The notes: a model not told the origin generated them from the sequence alone. Shown: positions 35,996-47,534, counted from the stretch's first letter. The stretch is DNA of 64,000 nt from Mobula hypostoma (GCF_963921235.1 NC_086108.1:19034001-19098000), one strand, 5' to 3'. Program-made: numbers and translations.

Positions 35996-36678
35996 ATGAG
36001 AAAGTTCTGGAGATATTCAGAATTCTATTGCCTGACCTGCTTTTGCAGCAGGTTTTGAGCATCTGCACTTTACAGATATATAGGAGAGAGATTTAACATT
36101 TGCCTGAGTGGTGTCATAGCAACAACCTCTCCCTCAATGTCAGCAAGACCAAGGAACTGATTGTCAACTTCAAGAGAGGAAAACCAAAGGTCCATGATCC
36201 TCTTTGGAGGTCGGAGGTGAAGAGGGTCAGCAACTTTAAATTCCTTTGTGTTACCATTTCAGAGGACCTATCTTGGGTCCAGAACATCAGTCCAATTAAA
36301 AAGGAAGGATGGCAGTGCCTCTACTTCCTTAGGAGTCTGCAGAGATTTGGCATGACATCAAAAACTTTGACAAACTTCTGGAGATGTATAGTGGAAAGTG
36401 TACTGACTGGCTGCTTTATGGCCTGGTATGGAAACACCAATGCCTTTGAATGGAAAATCCTACAAAGTTAGTGGACTCAACCCAATACATCACGAGCAAT
36501 GTTCCCTCTAATTTTTAGTAGTCAGTGTGCGCAAAAATCTTATGATGTGCAAATTCTTTTCCTGTGACAAAAGTATGTGCGCACTGAATGTACACATGGG
36601 ACAGTTTATGTAGGTTTACAAAACACTTGACATAAAACTGCACAGAATAACAACAAAATAACATACATATTTAAGTCA

Positions 36679-37131
36679 TACACACAAAAAATGCTGGTGG
36701 CAGCATCTGTAGGAAGAGGTACAGTCGACGTTTCGGGCCGAGACCCTTCGTCAGGACTAACTGAAAGAAGAGATAGTAACAGATTTGAAAGTGGGAGGGG
36801 GAGGGAGAGGGGGAGATCCGAAATGATAGGAGAAGACAGGAGGGGGAGGGATGGAGCTAAGAGCTGGAAAGTTGATTGGCAAAAGGGATACGAGACTGGA
36901 GGAGGGAGGACAGGAGGCCTAGGGAGAAAGAAAGGCGGGGGGGGGGAAGCCCAGAGGATTGGCAAGGAGTTATAGTGAGAGGGACAGAGGCAGAAAAAAG
37001 AGGGAAAAAAGGGGAAAGAAAAAAACATTAATAAATAAATAAGGGATAGGGTACCAAGGGGAGGAGGGGCATTAACGGAAGTTAGAGAACTCAATGTTCA
37101 TGCCATCAGGTTGGAGCTATTTAATTTTTAT
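36679..37131 (-). mobile_element. Young PLE inserted in the hAT element
   Basis: 13-bp TSD CATATTTAAGTCA (36666-36678, 37132-37144); CpGs intact. Confidence 0.92.
36723..36758 (-). ncRNA. Minimal type-I hammerhead ribozyme motif in PLE terminal repeat
   Basis: Minus strand reads AGUC-CUGACGA-A-GGG-UCUCGG-CCC-GAA-ACGU-C-GACU: complete core, stems I and II, palindromic ACGU in place of stem III, GUC site. Confidence 0.85.
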
Positions 37132-37149
37132 CATATTTAAGTCACTCAA

Positions 37150-38022
37150 TTATTTTTTCTCTCTCCTGTCTTTGGCATTTACCCATTCTTTGTAAACTTT
37201 ATCTCCACTAACAGAACTTCCATCCCATTCATAGCTTTTGATTCTCATTAACATATCCAAATGACATTCACCTAAACAGTTTCTCAGCTTGTTTTTGAGT
37301 TGATTCATTAGGCTAAAACCTCGTTCACAGTCCGCATCAGACGCAAGAAGGTTCCCCCAATGTCCATCAACTGTGCAAGGTTGCAAAGCTGTTCATTTTG
37401 AAGTACAAATGCCACCATTTGAGCAAAGTTTGAAATTGGTTTGGATTTTTTTTTCTTGCACGGAAAATTTGAAATCATTAAACTGTCTAACTATTACAAT
37501 ATTTTCAGCTAGAAAATCATGATATTTTAGACATAAGGCATTAACTTGTTCATCACTAAATGTGAAGTCACAACCTGCAGTTGCGGAGAAATCAAAAGCT
37601 GACCATTCTTGTAGCTCAACTTTGATCTCCTCTGGGTTTGATCGTTTTTGCTCTCGCTCATCTGCACTCAGCCGTAAAATGTGTAGCACTCCTGCAATGG
37701 GTAATGACGGGATCTGTTGCCTGAGCTTTTGTACACCATCCAAATGCGATTTACTTGCCAAATGACGCTTCAAAAAGTCAAGTTTCCAAATATCATCCCA
37801 CTTCTTTCCACTAGCAAATTCTCCAGCAACTTTCGCATCACAACAATACAAACAGATAACTCCAGTTTCCAAATCATACATAAATATTTCTCGTAGCTGA
37901 ATGTTCATGACCTCATGAGCTTTCAGTGCAACAGTTTCGACTATCTTGTTAAGCCATTCAATTTTAAACAAATTTGCAGTCTTTTTGCGCTTCACACCCT
38001 TCGCTTCTTTTGAATTCGGCAT
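37150..38022 (-). pseudogene. hAT transposase remnant: TTF-type zinc finger N-terminus joined to the C-terminal dimerization region
   Basis: CLYC...LKRHLASKSH in ORF 37393-38022 and ADCERGFSLMNQLKNKLRNCL in 37150-37386; catalytic core absent; frameshifted. Confidence 0.88.
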
Positions 38023-39289
38023 AGTGAATCAATATTTTTTCCAATAAAAACTTAGTAAGTTATCTACAGGATTTGAAACTGATCTTTGTAAACTTTACGA
38101 TATGAACACTGTCCACCAAACATGGCTGCCACCATGTACAAACCGGAACAGGAAAGGTGAGGTGACGTAAATTAGTGACGTGCATTGTGGTATTTGAAAA
38201 ACCGACTAACTAGTTAACAGAAACAGTTAGCTAAAAGATTATTTTCAGTAAGTATAATTATTAACTACTACATCATTTTAGGTAACTAACCTTTTGTGCG
38301 CACATTAATTTCCTTTGTGTACTGGTTGAAAAACGTGTGCGCGTGCACACGCACACAGTTTAGAGGGAACTATGATCACAGGTGAAGCCCTCCCAACCAC
38401 TGAGCACAGCTACATGAAACACTATCGTAGGAAAGCAGCATTCATCAACAAAGATCCTCACCACACAGGCCATGCTCTTTGCTGTCATTAGGTAGAAGTT
38501 ACAAGTGCCTCAGGACTCACACATCTAGGTTCATGAACAGTTACTACCCCTCAACTATCAGACTCTTAAACAAAAGGGGATAACTATACTCATCTACTGA
38601 GACGTTCCCACATCCAATGGTCTCACTTTAAGGACTCTTTATCTTGTTACTTCATGTTCTTGCAATTTATTACTATTTATTTATATTTGCATCCGCACAG
38701 TGTGTTGTCTTCTATGCTCTTGCTCTTTCATTGATCCTGTTTACAATTACTATTCTATAGATTTGCTGAGTAGGCCCACAGGGAAAAGAATCTCAGAGTT
38801 ATATGTGGTAACATGCATGTACTCTGATAATACATTTTAATTTTGAACTTTTTTATTGATTTGCAGTGAGTGGGAAGAGGCAGGATTCAGCTTTGGGAAG
38901 GTGGGACTCCAACTGCATTGCATTCCACCCATTGCTGTAGTAGAGCTTTAGTCTTGGTCACACTCTGCAAGAATTGAGCTTCAGTTCCAAAATGCACATA
39001 CCAAAACAGGACAAAGGCCTTCTGGAGACCACTGTGGTTCCTTTGCAAGAATATGTGGAATACAATGTGTGGAAACGTCAAAGGACTGATCCCCCAACTC
39101 ACCCCATCTCTCCTGCCCAGTGATCAATACTGGCTTTCAGTCCGTGACTTATATTTGGATCTGCCCTTGCCCCTTCCTATGACTATAGCCTCCAGCCATT
39201 CAATCTCCAAGCATGTACACACACCAAACTCTGCCTCTTGCCCTTTACACCAAATCCCTATTTTTACTGTGGCCTATTTGATGGAGAAG

Positions 39290-40050
39290 AGTGAGCTGAT
39301 GCATTTTTTAAAGTCTATTAAAGCTGTTTCACATACTGTGAATGAGATGGCTCTGTGGAATACTGGTGAACAAGAGGACCTTGGAGTCCAAGTTCAAAGA
39401 TCTCTGAAAGTGACAGCACAGCTAGAGATGGTAGTAAAGAAGGCACACAGGATGTTGTTCTTCATTAGTTGAGACATAGACTGTAAGAGCAGGAAGGTCT
39501 TAGCACAGCTAGGTAAAATATTGGTTAAGCCACAACTGGAAACGTTGCACACAGTCCTGATTACCACTCAATATAAAGGATATGAATGTACTGGAGGTGC
39601 TGCAGAGGACATATACCAGAATGTTGCCTTGGATGGAATTTATGAGGAGAGACTGGATAAGCTGCGTTTGTTTTCTTTGGAGTGGGATGGGAGGGGGTGG
39701 GGACTAATAGAGGTATCCAAAATTATGAGAGTCAGAGATAATGTGGGTAATAGGAAACTTTTCACCACAGCAGAAACATCTAAGACCAGGGAGCATAGGT
39801 ATAAGGTGAGGAATAAGATTTAGAAGGGATCTGAGAAGAAATTGGTTGAAACCTAGCATCGACTGCCTGAGAGGATGGAGGCAGATACTCTCATAATATT
39901 TAAAAAGTATCTGGATGATCACTTCAATTGTCAAGGTGTTGAGGGCTTTGAATGCTAATAAATGGGATTGGTATAGAAAGGATTTGATGGTCAGTACAGA
40001 CCTGCTGGGCCGATGGGCCTGCTTCTGTGAGGACGACTATATAACACAAT
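39290..40050 (+). mobile_element. Old CR1 3' portion
   Basis: EQEDLGVQVQRSLKVTAQLEMVVKKA and YEERLDKLRLFSLE. Confidence 0.88.
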
Positions 40051-40539
40051 GAGAATATGGCCATGGGTCTCAGAGTTTCCACAATTGTCTCATTGTCTGA
40101 ATACTGACCCACCCACTGCTGAGGAAACTTTTACCACCGTAACACGACACGTTCATGGACTCCCACAGCAGGGAAACAGTGGACTTCACTCTGAGCTCTC
40201 ACCTATTAAAATCCATAAGCCTGACGGCACAGTCTTATGTTTTTAGAGCTCCTCATGTCACAAATAATTAAAACCACTGCTGAGCTTTGGATAGCACCAG
40301 GATGAGTAGTGACGTAGCAGCTTGAGGGAAGAGAGGACATGCTGACCCTGTTGTCAGCACGCTCCTCGTGTGTGCTGAGAAGTCTCTATAGTTTGCTAAA
40401 TGTGTGGCTTCAGTGTCAGAAATAGCAGCCTGCTCTAAAAAGTGTTACAGGGAATATGTTTATATGTCTTTATTTATATGTGAGTGTGTGTCACTGTGCA
40501 TCTGTGGGAATTGTGAAGATATGTGTGTGAGAGCATCAC

Positions 40540-40975
40540 CAGCACCAGCCTACCTACCATCAAGTATATACAGAAAGTTGCAAAAAAAGTGTCAGTAACA
40601 TCATGAAGGAACCCACTCACCCTGGGCCAGTAACATCATGAAGGATCCCACTCACCCTGCTCATGGACTGTTTGTCCCACTCCATCAAGAACACCAGCCT
40701 CAAAAACAATTACTTTTCCTGAGTAGTAAGGCTGATAACATCACCACCCACTAAAGCACCACTACTTTGTCATTTCCTGTTAGAGTCACCTTAGGAACAG
40801 ACTCTCCTGTGCCTAGCATCACTTTTTGGATATACAATCAATCTATATATATAAGCTATCCTAGGTATTGATATTAATTGTGTTTTTTAATTATTGTGTT
40901 CTTTATCTTTTTTTGTGCTGCATCAGATCTGGAGTAACAGTTATTTCAGTTTCCTTTACACTGTGTCCTAGAAAT
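40540..40975 (+). mobile_element. Rex1/Babar-type 3' end with an internal tandem duplication
   Basis: cagtaacatcatgaagga(a/t)cccactcaccctg at 40593-40624 and 40628-40659. Confidence 0.8.
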
Positions 40976-41261
40976 ATGTAGTCTAGGCCAGGCCCTGGAC
41001 ATAACCAGCAGTGAATCAGCCCTCCAACACACTTGGGCTGGCTTTCAGCTAGTTCTGTTCTACTCCGGAAATCTTGGTGAATGCTATCCCTGTGACATGA
41101 GCATCATCCATTTGGATCCAGGCTTTTACTTTCTTCCATGTGAGCCTTTGACAACAGCCTTGCTGAAATCTATCTGGATCAGATCAAGGCAATACTTTGC
41201 TGCATTTGGCCTCGCTGACAGCCTGTTGCTCCTAAAAGTGGAAAGTGGACAGAGCAAACCA

Positions 41262-41580
41262 GGGTGGCACAGAGGTACATCTGGTAGAGCCACTACCTCA
41301 CCACTCCAGAGATCCGGGTTTGATCCTGAACCTCCAGTGCTGTCTGTGTGGAGTTTGTCCATTCTCCCTGTGGGTATCCTGCATGTGCTCTGGTTTCCTC
41401 CTACATCCCAAAGGTATGCATGTTGGTAGGATAACTGGCAGCTGTAAATTGCTCCTCCTGTGTAGATGAGTGGTAGAGTCTGGGATAGATTAAAATGGGA
41501 TAACTGTAAATGGGTGCTTGACGTTCAGCATACACTTAGAGGGCTGAAGGTCTTTTTCCAACCTGTGGGACTCCATGAAT
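41262..41580 (+). mobile_element. V-SINE
   Basis: gggtttgatcctga B box, gtgtggagtttg and tggtttcctcctacatcccaaag. Confidence 0.82.
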
Positions 41581-42041
41581 CAAACCATCAGCAGTGGGTA
41601 GAATGTAGCACTGAGTTACCAGCTCACTTTGAGAAGGTTGATGACAGGGTGCAGAAAGTACTTGGGAGCATGAGACAGATTCTCTGCTCTCTGGAGTCCC
41701 AGTGTGGAGCCTAACACCCAAGTGCAACCTCATTCAAGAGTCCTGGAAGAGCAACCCCACCCCTGCAGAGCCCAGTTCACAGCCATTTGGGGACGCGTGG
41801 AGGTATTTGCCAAGCATCAGCAAACCTCTGCGAGTTTTCAACATTTGCTGAGAACTCGGGAACCAACCACAGTGGAACCTGGTCACTTATCAAAACTCTC
41901 TTCCCCCCCACCCACCTTCTAACACAGACACACCTCCTCTTTCTCTCTAGCCCTTGAACCTGAGTACCAAATCAGTTTCTAATAGGCCCCGCTCTGACAT
42001 TATAGTTAAAGTAGTTCATTGTTTCTTTTTTGTTCCTCAAG

Positions 42042-42127
42042 TGCTCATGTTATGCGAAGAATGTCAAAGAATTTTGATCAGAAACTTCCTGCGGAAAAAT
42101 CCAAACTCCTGTGGCAAGATGCTAAAG
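42042..42127 (+). other. Possible exon (86 nt) of an unidentified transcript
   Basis: Acceptor tttcttttttgttcctcaag and donor AAG/gtaaat. Two frames are open: AHVMRRMSKNFDQKLPAEKSKLLWQDAK or LMLCEECQRILIRNFLRKNPNSCGKMLK. Confidence 0.3.
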
Positions 42128-42589
42128 GTAAATTGTAAATTTGGATAGGTAACCACTTCAAAGTCTTATTAAGGATATTTATGATACAAGCATTTGCTCT
42201 TCGAACCTGTAAAAATAAGCAGAGATGCAACAAAACTTGTTGGCAAAGTGGCAGCAGGCAACAGAAGGGAAGGTGAAGGTGGAATTGCCATGGTGTTGAG
42301 AACATGAGTGAAGTTGCATTCTAACTTTTTGCAATTTGAGTCTATGTCTTGCTATTTTTATCTGCACACCGTGGCGCTCCAATGGAAGTTCAGACGATGA
42401 GGTGTCAGCTGAAGCTCAGTGGCCACTGGTACCTTTGAATCAGGGGATTCTGAGTGCAAGACTAACTGCAGAAGCTCAGCAAGCTAAGCTGATATGGCAG
42501 TGCGGTGGTTGTTATTGCTCATGCTGCCTCTCCCTCCCCCTCTATTATTTCTTCCCCTGGCTGCCAGAGGAAGGTGCAGGGTTGATTGC

Positions 42590-43060
42590 CTCAGCGCGGC
42601 TTATGGCTGTGGGACTCTTTCAGGGAAACTCCACAGTTTGTTCTTTTAATGTCTTCAGTGCTAAACATGCTATGAAGTTGTGGACTCGTTTTTGGAGAAC
42701 ACTGTGATTCATGTCCCATGTGTTTCTGGTTACTCTTGTTATTTCTGTGATTTAATTGAGGTGCTTCAGCACGGAATTGGCTCTGCGACTGAGGCCTGCA
42801 GTCATCAACACAGCACTAAACTGAACTGACTCGATGCCTATCATTCCTGGACCATTTCAGGGACTGCGGTTTGATGTTTAATATTCTGTGCGTTATTTGC
42901 TCGCTTTTTACTGTTGGCGTGATTTGTTCTTTTTTGACGTATTGGGTATTTGATGTTTTCTTTGAATGGATTTCATGATGCTTCTTGGTTTTGTGACTGT
43001 CTGTGGGAAGCCGAATCTCAGGGCTGTATGTTGTATACATACTTTGATAATTAATGTACT
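42590..43060 (+). mobile_element. Rex1/Babar-type long 3' UTR
   Basis: ccgaatctcagggctgtatgttgtatacatactttgataattaatgtact tail; related to the minus-strand copy starting at 20304. Confidence 0.7.
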
Positions 43061-43067
43061 ATGCATA

Positions 43068-43395
43068 GACCCAAGGACCCGAGTTCGATTCTGACCTTCA
43101 GTGCTGTCCGTGTGGAGTTTGCACATTCCCCCTGTGACTGGGTAGGTTCCCCACACCCCAACCCCACAAGCACTCCAGTTCTCTCCCACATCCCAAATAC
43201 ATGCAGGCTAATATGTTAATTAGTTGCTGTAAATAATTCCTGTCAAGGTAGGTGGCAAAAAAGCCAAAGGGGAATTGATGAGTATGTGTCAGACTGAACA
43301 CATGGTGGCAAATAAGGAAAGCAAATAGGATTGATAAAATATTCCCCAAGCTAGCATGGACTGATGGGCTGAATGACCTCCTTCTGTAGCACATA
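43068..43395 (+). mobile_element. V-SINE
   Basis: gagttcgattc B box and gtgtggagtttgcacattc. Confidence 0.82.
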
Positions 43396-43529
43396 AAGTA
43401 ACATAGGAGCCCTGCACTTCCAGAGCTCCAGCATGCAGATCAGACCAGACCAGACGAGAACCAGATGAATATAAAGATCGTGAACCATGAAGCTGAAAAG
43501 CCAGGAAGCAGACATTTCCGTTTCCTCCT

Positions 43530-43800
43530 CACTCACTAAATCTGTATTAGGTGCACTGCAGGATTAGTTCATTAGCTGTAAAAGACATCAGGATGCTGGA
43601 TTTTACCTAAATGCAAATACTTATTATCCAGGACATTATACATCTTGGAGCACTGAGCAAGCTGGTCAATCCTTACTCCCTGCAATCCATTCATAATTCT
43701 CAGGAACCATTAATTTCCATGTGCAAAACCTTCTGGTTGGCTGTTTCTTCGTGGCCCCTGTCTGAATTATTAACTACAGTGAGAACAGAAAGCTGCAGTT
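43530..43800. promoter_or_regulatory. Candidate conserved non-coding element
   Basis: Unique DNA with octamer ATGCAAAT at 43611-43618, GGATTA and many ATTA/TAAT cores. Confidence 0.4.
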
Positions 43801-44594
43801 TAGGGTTTGGAGTTACCAGATGGCACAGGGAGAAGGGAATATCTGACCATCACTAGCACTTTCTTAGACAAAGGACACATCGATGATCAACTCTTTGCCT
43901 ACCATCACCTTTGTAAAGGTAACATTCCTGAATTTGGAATCTGAATGGTGAGTTTATGCAACTAGATACCACGTGGAGCGAATGGAGTCAACGCCACAGA
44001 GGTATCCATCTGTGAAAGAGCCTACAGTTCTCAAATTGGCTTCAACTGCAACCTCAGACCCAGAGCAGAAGCAAGCCACCCTCAAGTCTGTAGGATTTCT
44101 TCGTAAGAAATGTGAAGAGAGAGGAGACATGGCAGAATAAACACTCCAAAGACTAGCTGTCCCTCTTCCTGTGCTGTAAACTCTCCATAATCCTTTATGT
44201 TATTCACTTATGCACTGGCCAGTAGCCTTGCTAGCAGGGCCACTGCTTGCATCTGGTATGCAGTGTTCCCCCAACCTTATGATAATCCTAAACTTCCCAC
44301 AAGGCCTCTAATTAAACAAAAACTTTCCTCCCTCACACTCTCTATCAACCCTCCTTTCTAAATATGGGTTTAACTTTCAGCAGGGCCTTCAGACGCAAAC
44401 AGGTCTGAAAACCTTTTCTTACCTCAGCACAGTGTGCCTGCCTGGCTGCTGCCAGTAACACAAAATACCAGCTGCCTGACACCACCGCCTCTCCAGAATG
44501 ATACCTGACAGCATGACCCTCTTCCTCTCCACAGCCAGAGGCAATGGATAGGATGTCTCCAGGTTGCAGCCCTCAGTTACCACAAGCACAGAGA

Positions 44595-44982
44595 GGAACA
44601 ATATGCTGGAAGCACTCAGTCGGGGAGGCATCAACTATGGAGAGGATGTTTCAACCTGTGACATTTCATCAGGACTGGAAAGGAAGGAGGAAGAAACCAG
44701 AATAAGGGGTGGGGAGTGTGTGTGTGTCAGGGGGAGGGTGCTGGGGGGTAAGAATACAAGCTAGCAGATAATATTCCTTCCTGCCAGTTTGTACTCATTC
44801 CCCTCCCCCCAACATCTTATTCTGACTTCTTCTCCCTTCCCTTCCAGTTCTGTGAAGGGTCCCAGCCAGAAACATCAACTGTTTATTCCCCTTCCATGGA
44901 TGCTACCTGACCTGCTCAGTTCTTCCAGCATTTTGTGTGTGTTGCTCTGGACTTCCAACAACCGTAGAATCTCTTGTGTTTA
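44595..44982. mobile_element. PLE remnant with inverted arms
   Basis: atgctggaagcactcag...catcaggactggaaaggaagg mirrored by cccttcccttccagttctgtgaaggg...ccagcattttgtgtgtgttgc. Confidence 0.85.
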
Positions 44983-45284
44983 CAGAGAGGGAACCACAAG
45001 CCCAGTGCTTAGACATAGGTTAGTTTGCCTTTTGAACAAAGGAGGTGGGGGTGGGGGTCTGACTGAAGTATACAAAGAAATTAAAGAAATGGGTCAGGTG
45101 AATAGTGAGGAACTTCTCCCCCAGAGCAGAGGTGTCTATATGTTGGAATGCAGGTTTAGGCTAAAGAGTAAGAGGTTTACTCATGATCTGAGGGGAAAAG
45201 AACACCCAGAGGAAGGCTGGAATCTGGAACATACAACCTGTGTGGGTAGTGGAGGCAGGACAATTAAGTATCTGGATTCACAAT

Positions 45285-45580
45285 CAGAATCAGATTCAGG
45301 TTTAATATCACCAGCATATATCATAAAATTTGTTATTTTGTGGCGGTAGTACATTGCAATACATAATAATAACTGTAAATTAAAGTATATATATTTTTTA
45401 AAGTTAAATTAAATAAATAACGTAAAAAGAGTAAAAGAAGTGAGGTAGTATTCATGGGTTGAATATCCTTTCAAGAATCTGGCGACAAATTTTGATGGAA
45501 GAAACTATTGGTGAATAGTTGAGTGTTCCTCTGATGGTAGCAATGAGAAGAGAACATGTCCTGGGTGATGCCAAGGCAGA
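45285..45580 (-). mobile_element. Rex1/Babar-type 3' end
   Basis: (aatcag)n tail, with reverse C-terminal motifs near 45450-45570. Confidence 0.7.
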
Positions 45581-45719
45581 GTAGTGTGATAATACAGAGG
45601 AGTACCTGACAGCCAGCATGGCCATCTGATAAAGTGTCATTGATTTGAAACATTACCTCCGTTTCTCTCTCCACAGATGCTGCCTGACCTGCTGAGTGTT
45701 AAAAGCATTTTCTCTTTTT

Positions 45720-45886
45720 CACCTGAAACCTACCAGCCTTCTCCTTCCCACCCTCCCCCCTCTTCTTTATAGGGCCTCTGCCCCTTCCCTCTACAGTCCT
45801 GACGAAGGGTTCCAGCCCGAAACGTCGACTCATCGTTTCCACAGATGCTGCCCGACCTGCTGAGTTCCCCCAGCGTGTTGTGAGTG
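45720..45886 (+). mobile_element. Young PLE terminal repeat inserted into an older PLE remnant (about 45620-45719)
   Basis: 10-bp TSD TTCTCTTTTT (45710-45719, 45887-45896). Confidence 0.85.
45795..45830 (+). ncRNA. Minimal type-I hammerhead ribozyme motif in PLE terminal repeat
   Basis: AGUC-CUGACGA-A-GGG-UUCCAG-CCC-GAA-ACGU-C-GACU; predicted cleavage after C45826. Confidence 0.85.
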
Positions 45887-46127
45887 TTCTCTTTTTATTA
45901 TTGTCCTTGCTTTCTCACCAGTCCAACAGTTACAACCTGTATGAATTCAAATCTCTTAATACAAAGTGTTAGACCACTAGAATCAACCATGATGTCTTCT
46001 GGAGTTGTCTATATTCCCTGGACCTTGATGCCATTGGCTTCCCCTGGATGGTTAAACCCTGAGTGTACCACTCAGCTCTGAGTTCACTCCCAAAAGCAGT
46101 CCCTCGACCAGCAATGGTCCCATTTGA

Positions 46128-46730
46128 CCATAAGATACAGGAGCAAAATTAGGCCATTTGGCCCATTGACTCTGCTCCACCATTCAATCATTGGCTGATT
46201 TTTTTCAACTCCATTCTCCTGGCTTCTCTCTATAACCCGGATCTGGGCCATACCCTCAAAATATCTGGACCTGCATCTTGGTTTTTTTGCACTACCTTAC
46301 TTTCCATTTTTCTATTTTCTATTTATAACTAATAATTTAAATTTTTAATATTTACTATCAATTTGTAATCCAGGTAGTGGGAAGCACAGAATCAAATATC
46401 GCTATGATGATTGTACATTCTAGTATCAATTGTTTGGCAACAATAAAGTATAAAGTATAACCCTTAACCACCTTACCAGTGAAGAACATGTTAATCTCTG
46501 CCTTAAGAACACCAAACAACTTGGCTTCCACAGCCTTTTGAGGCAATGAATTCGACAGATTCACCACCCTCCAGCTGAAGACATCGCAATTTTAAAGGAA
46601 TGTTCCTTGAGGGCTAGCCTACTGCTGGAAACATCCTCTCCTAGGTTTCAATGAGATCCCTCCTCAACATTCTGAACTCCATCAACTGCAGGCCCAGAAA
46701 CATCAAACGTTCCATTTATGTTTCATTGTT
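46128..46730 (-). mobile_element. CR1 3' portion, split by an insertion
   Basis: VNLSNSLPQKAVEAKLFGVLKAEI and a ccataaga tail. Confidence 0.85.
46239..46455 (+). mobile_element. Truncated LINE 3' tail inserted in CR1
   Basis: 8-bp TSD TATAACCC (46231-46238, 46456-46463); aataaagtataaag tail. Confidence 0.8.
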
Positions 46731-46999
46731 GGGACCAACTGCAATTCCCTTTGCATCAACTGCCGTAATTCTTTGCCCAGATCTTTGTCACTTTGAGGTC
46801 TGTTTCTCCAATTAGCTACAAAAGGTACCTCTTCTGGCCTGAACAACACCCATATGTTGCAATGCCATCCAGTCCGCATCTGTCTCCTTGAGAGGTATAG
46901 TCATTACAGGTCAGACAGAAAGTGCAGCAGTAAAACAGACTCGGAGGAGTAAGACTAGAAAGGCAAGACAGAGATTAGGAGGCTTCAGTACAACAGCTC

Positions 47000-47240
47000 C
47001 ATTAGTCGTTCACCTCAGGTGGTGCTTTGATTGTTCACTGAATCATTCCAACTATGTAACCCTGTGACCCCTTGACCCTGGGCACAATCCCTGACTGGAA
47101 GCAGAGTGTAACCAGGTTAACAGACCCTTCACTTAATTGCTGACAGTGGAATTCAATAACAAAAGCAGGATCATAATTACAAGATGTAGGAATGCTGCTT
47201 CAGGTCTGGCTGCGACAGCTGTGGCAGAAGTCACACAATG
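47000..47240. promoter_or_regulatory. Candidate enhancer with a triple nuclear-receptor half-site array
   Basis: Minus strand 47078-47057 reads GGGTCA-ag-GGGTCA-ca-GGGTTA; nearby ATTGTT, TAATTG, TGACAG and TAATTA. Confidence 0.45.
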
Positions 47241-47534
47241 TGAAAGTCAAAAGGACCTATCAGTGGAACTGGGTGTGGCAGCCTGAGTTCCCACAGCTGA
47301 CGGCAAATTGGAACAAGCTAGTCTCTTGAATGGATGCAAAAGGAAAATGAAAAATAAACTAGCTTTACCCACCATTAATACATTTTGAGTCCACAGTGAA
47401 TACTAGGAGGTAGGCATCCATGATTTTCCCACAATTCAGCAGTGAAAGCTAAAAAAGTACAATAGGTGTAAATCCAGTTGCTGTCTGTGGGCTGAGGCTT
47501 CATACAATATCACAGTACCATACCAACCGTCTCA

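Larger units (their letters stand above)
36497..38374 (-). mobile_element. hAT DNA transposon, internally deleted
   Basis: 15-bp TIRs CAATGTTCCCTCTAA and TTAGAGGGAACTATG (2 mismatches); 8-bp TSD atcacgag/atcacagg; transposase remnants. Confidence 0.93.
36075..38850 (+). mobile_element. Rex1/Babar-type LINE split by a hAT element
   Basis: EWCHSNNLSLNVSKTKELIVNFKR...AWYGNTNAFEWKILQ up to 36496; resumes at 38375 and runs to the tail. Confidence 0.92.
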
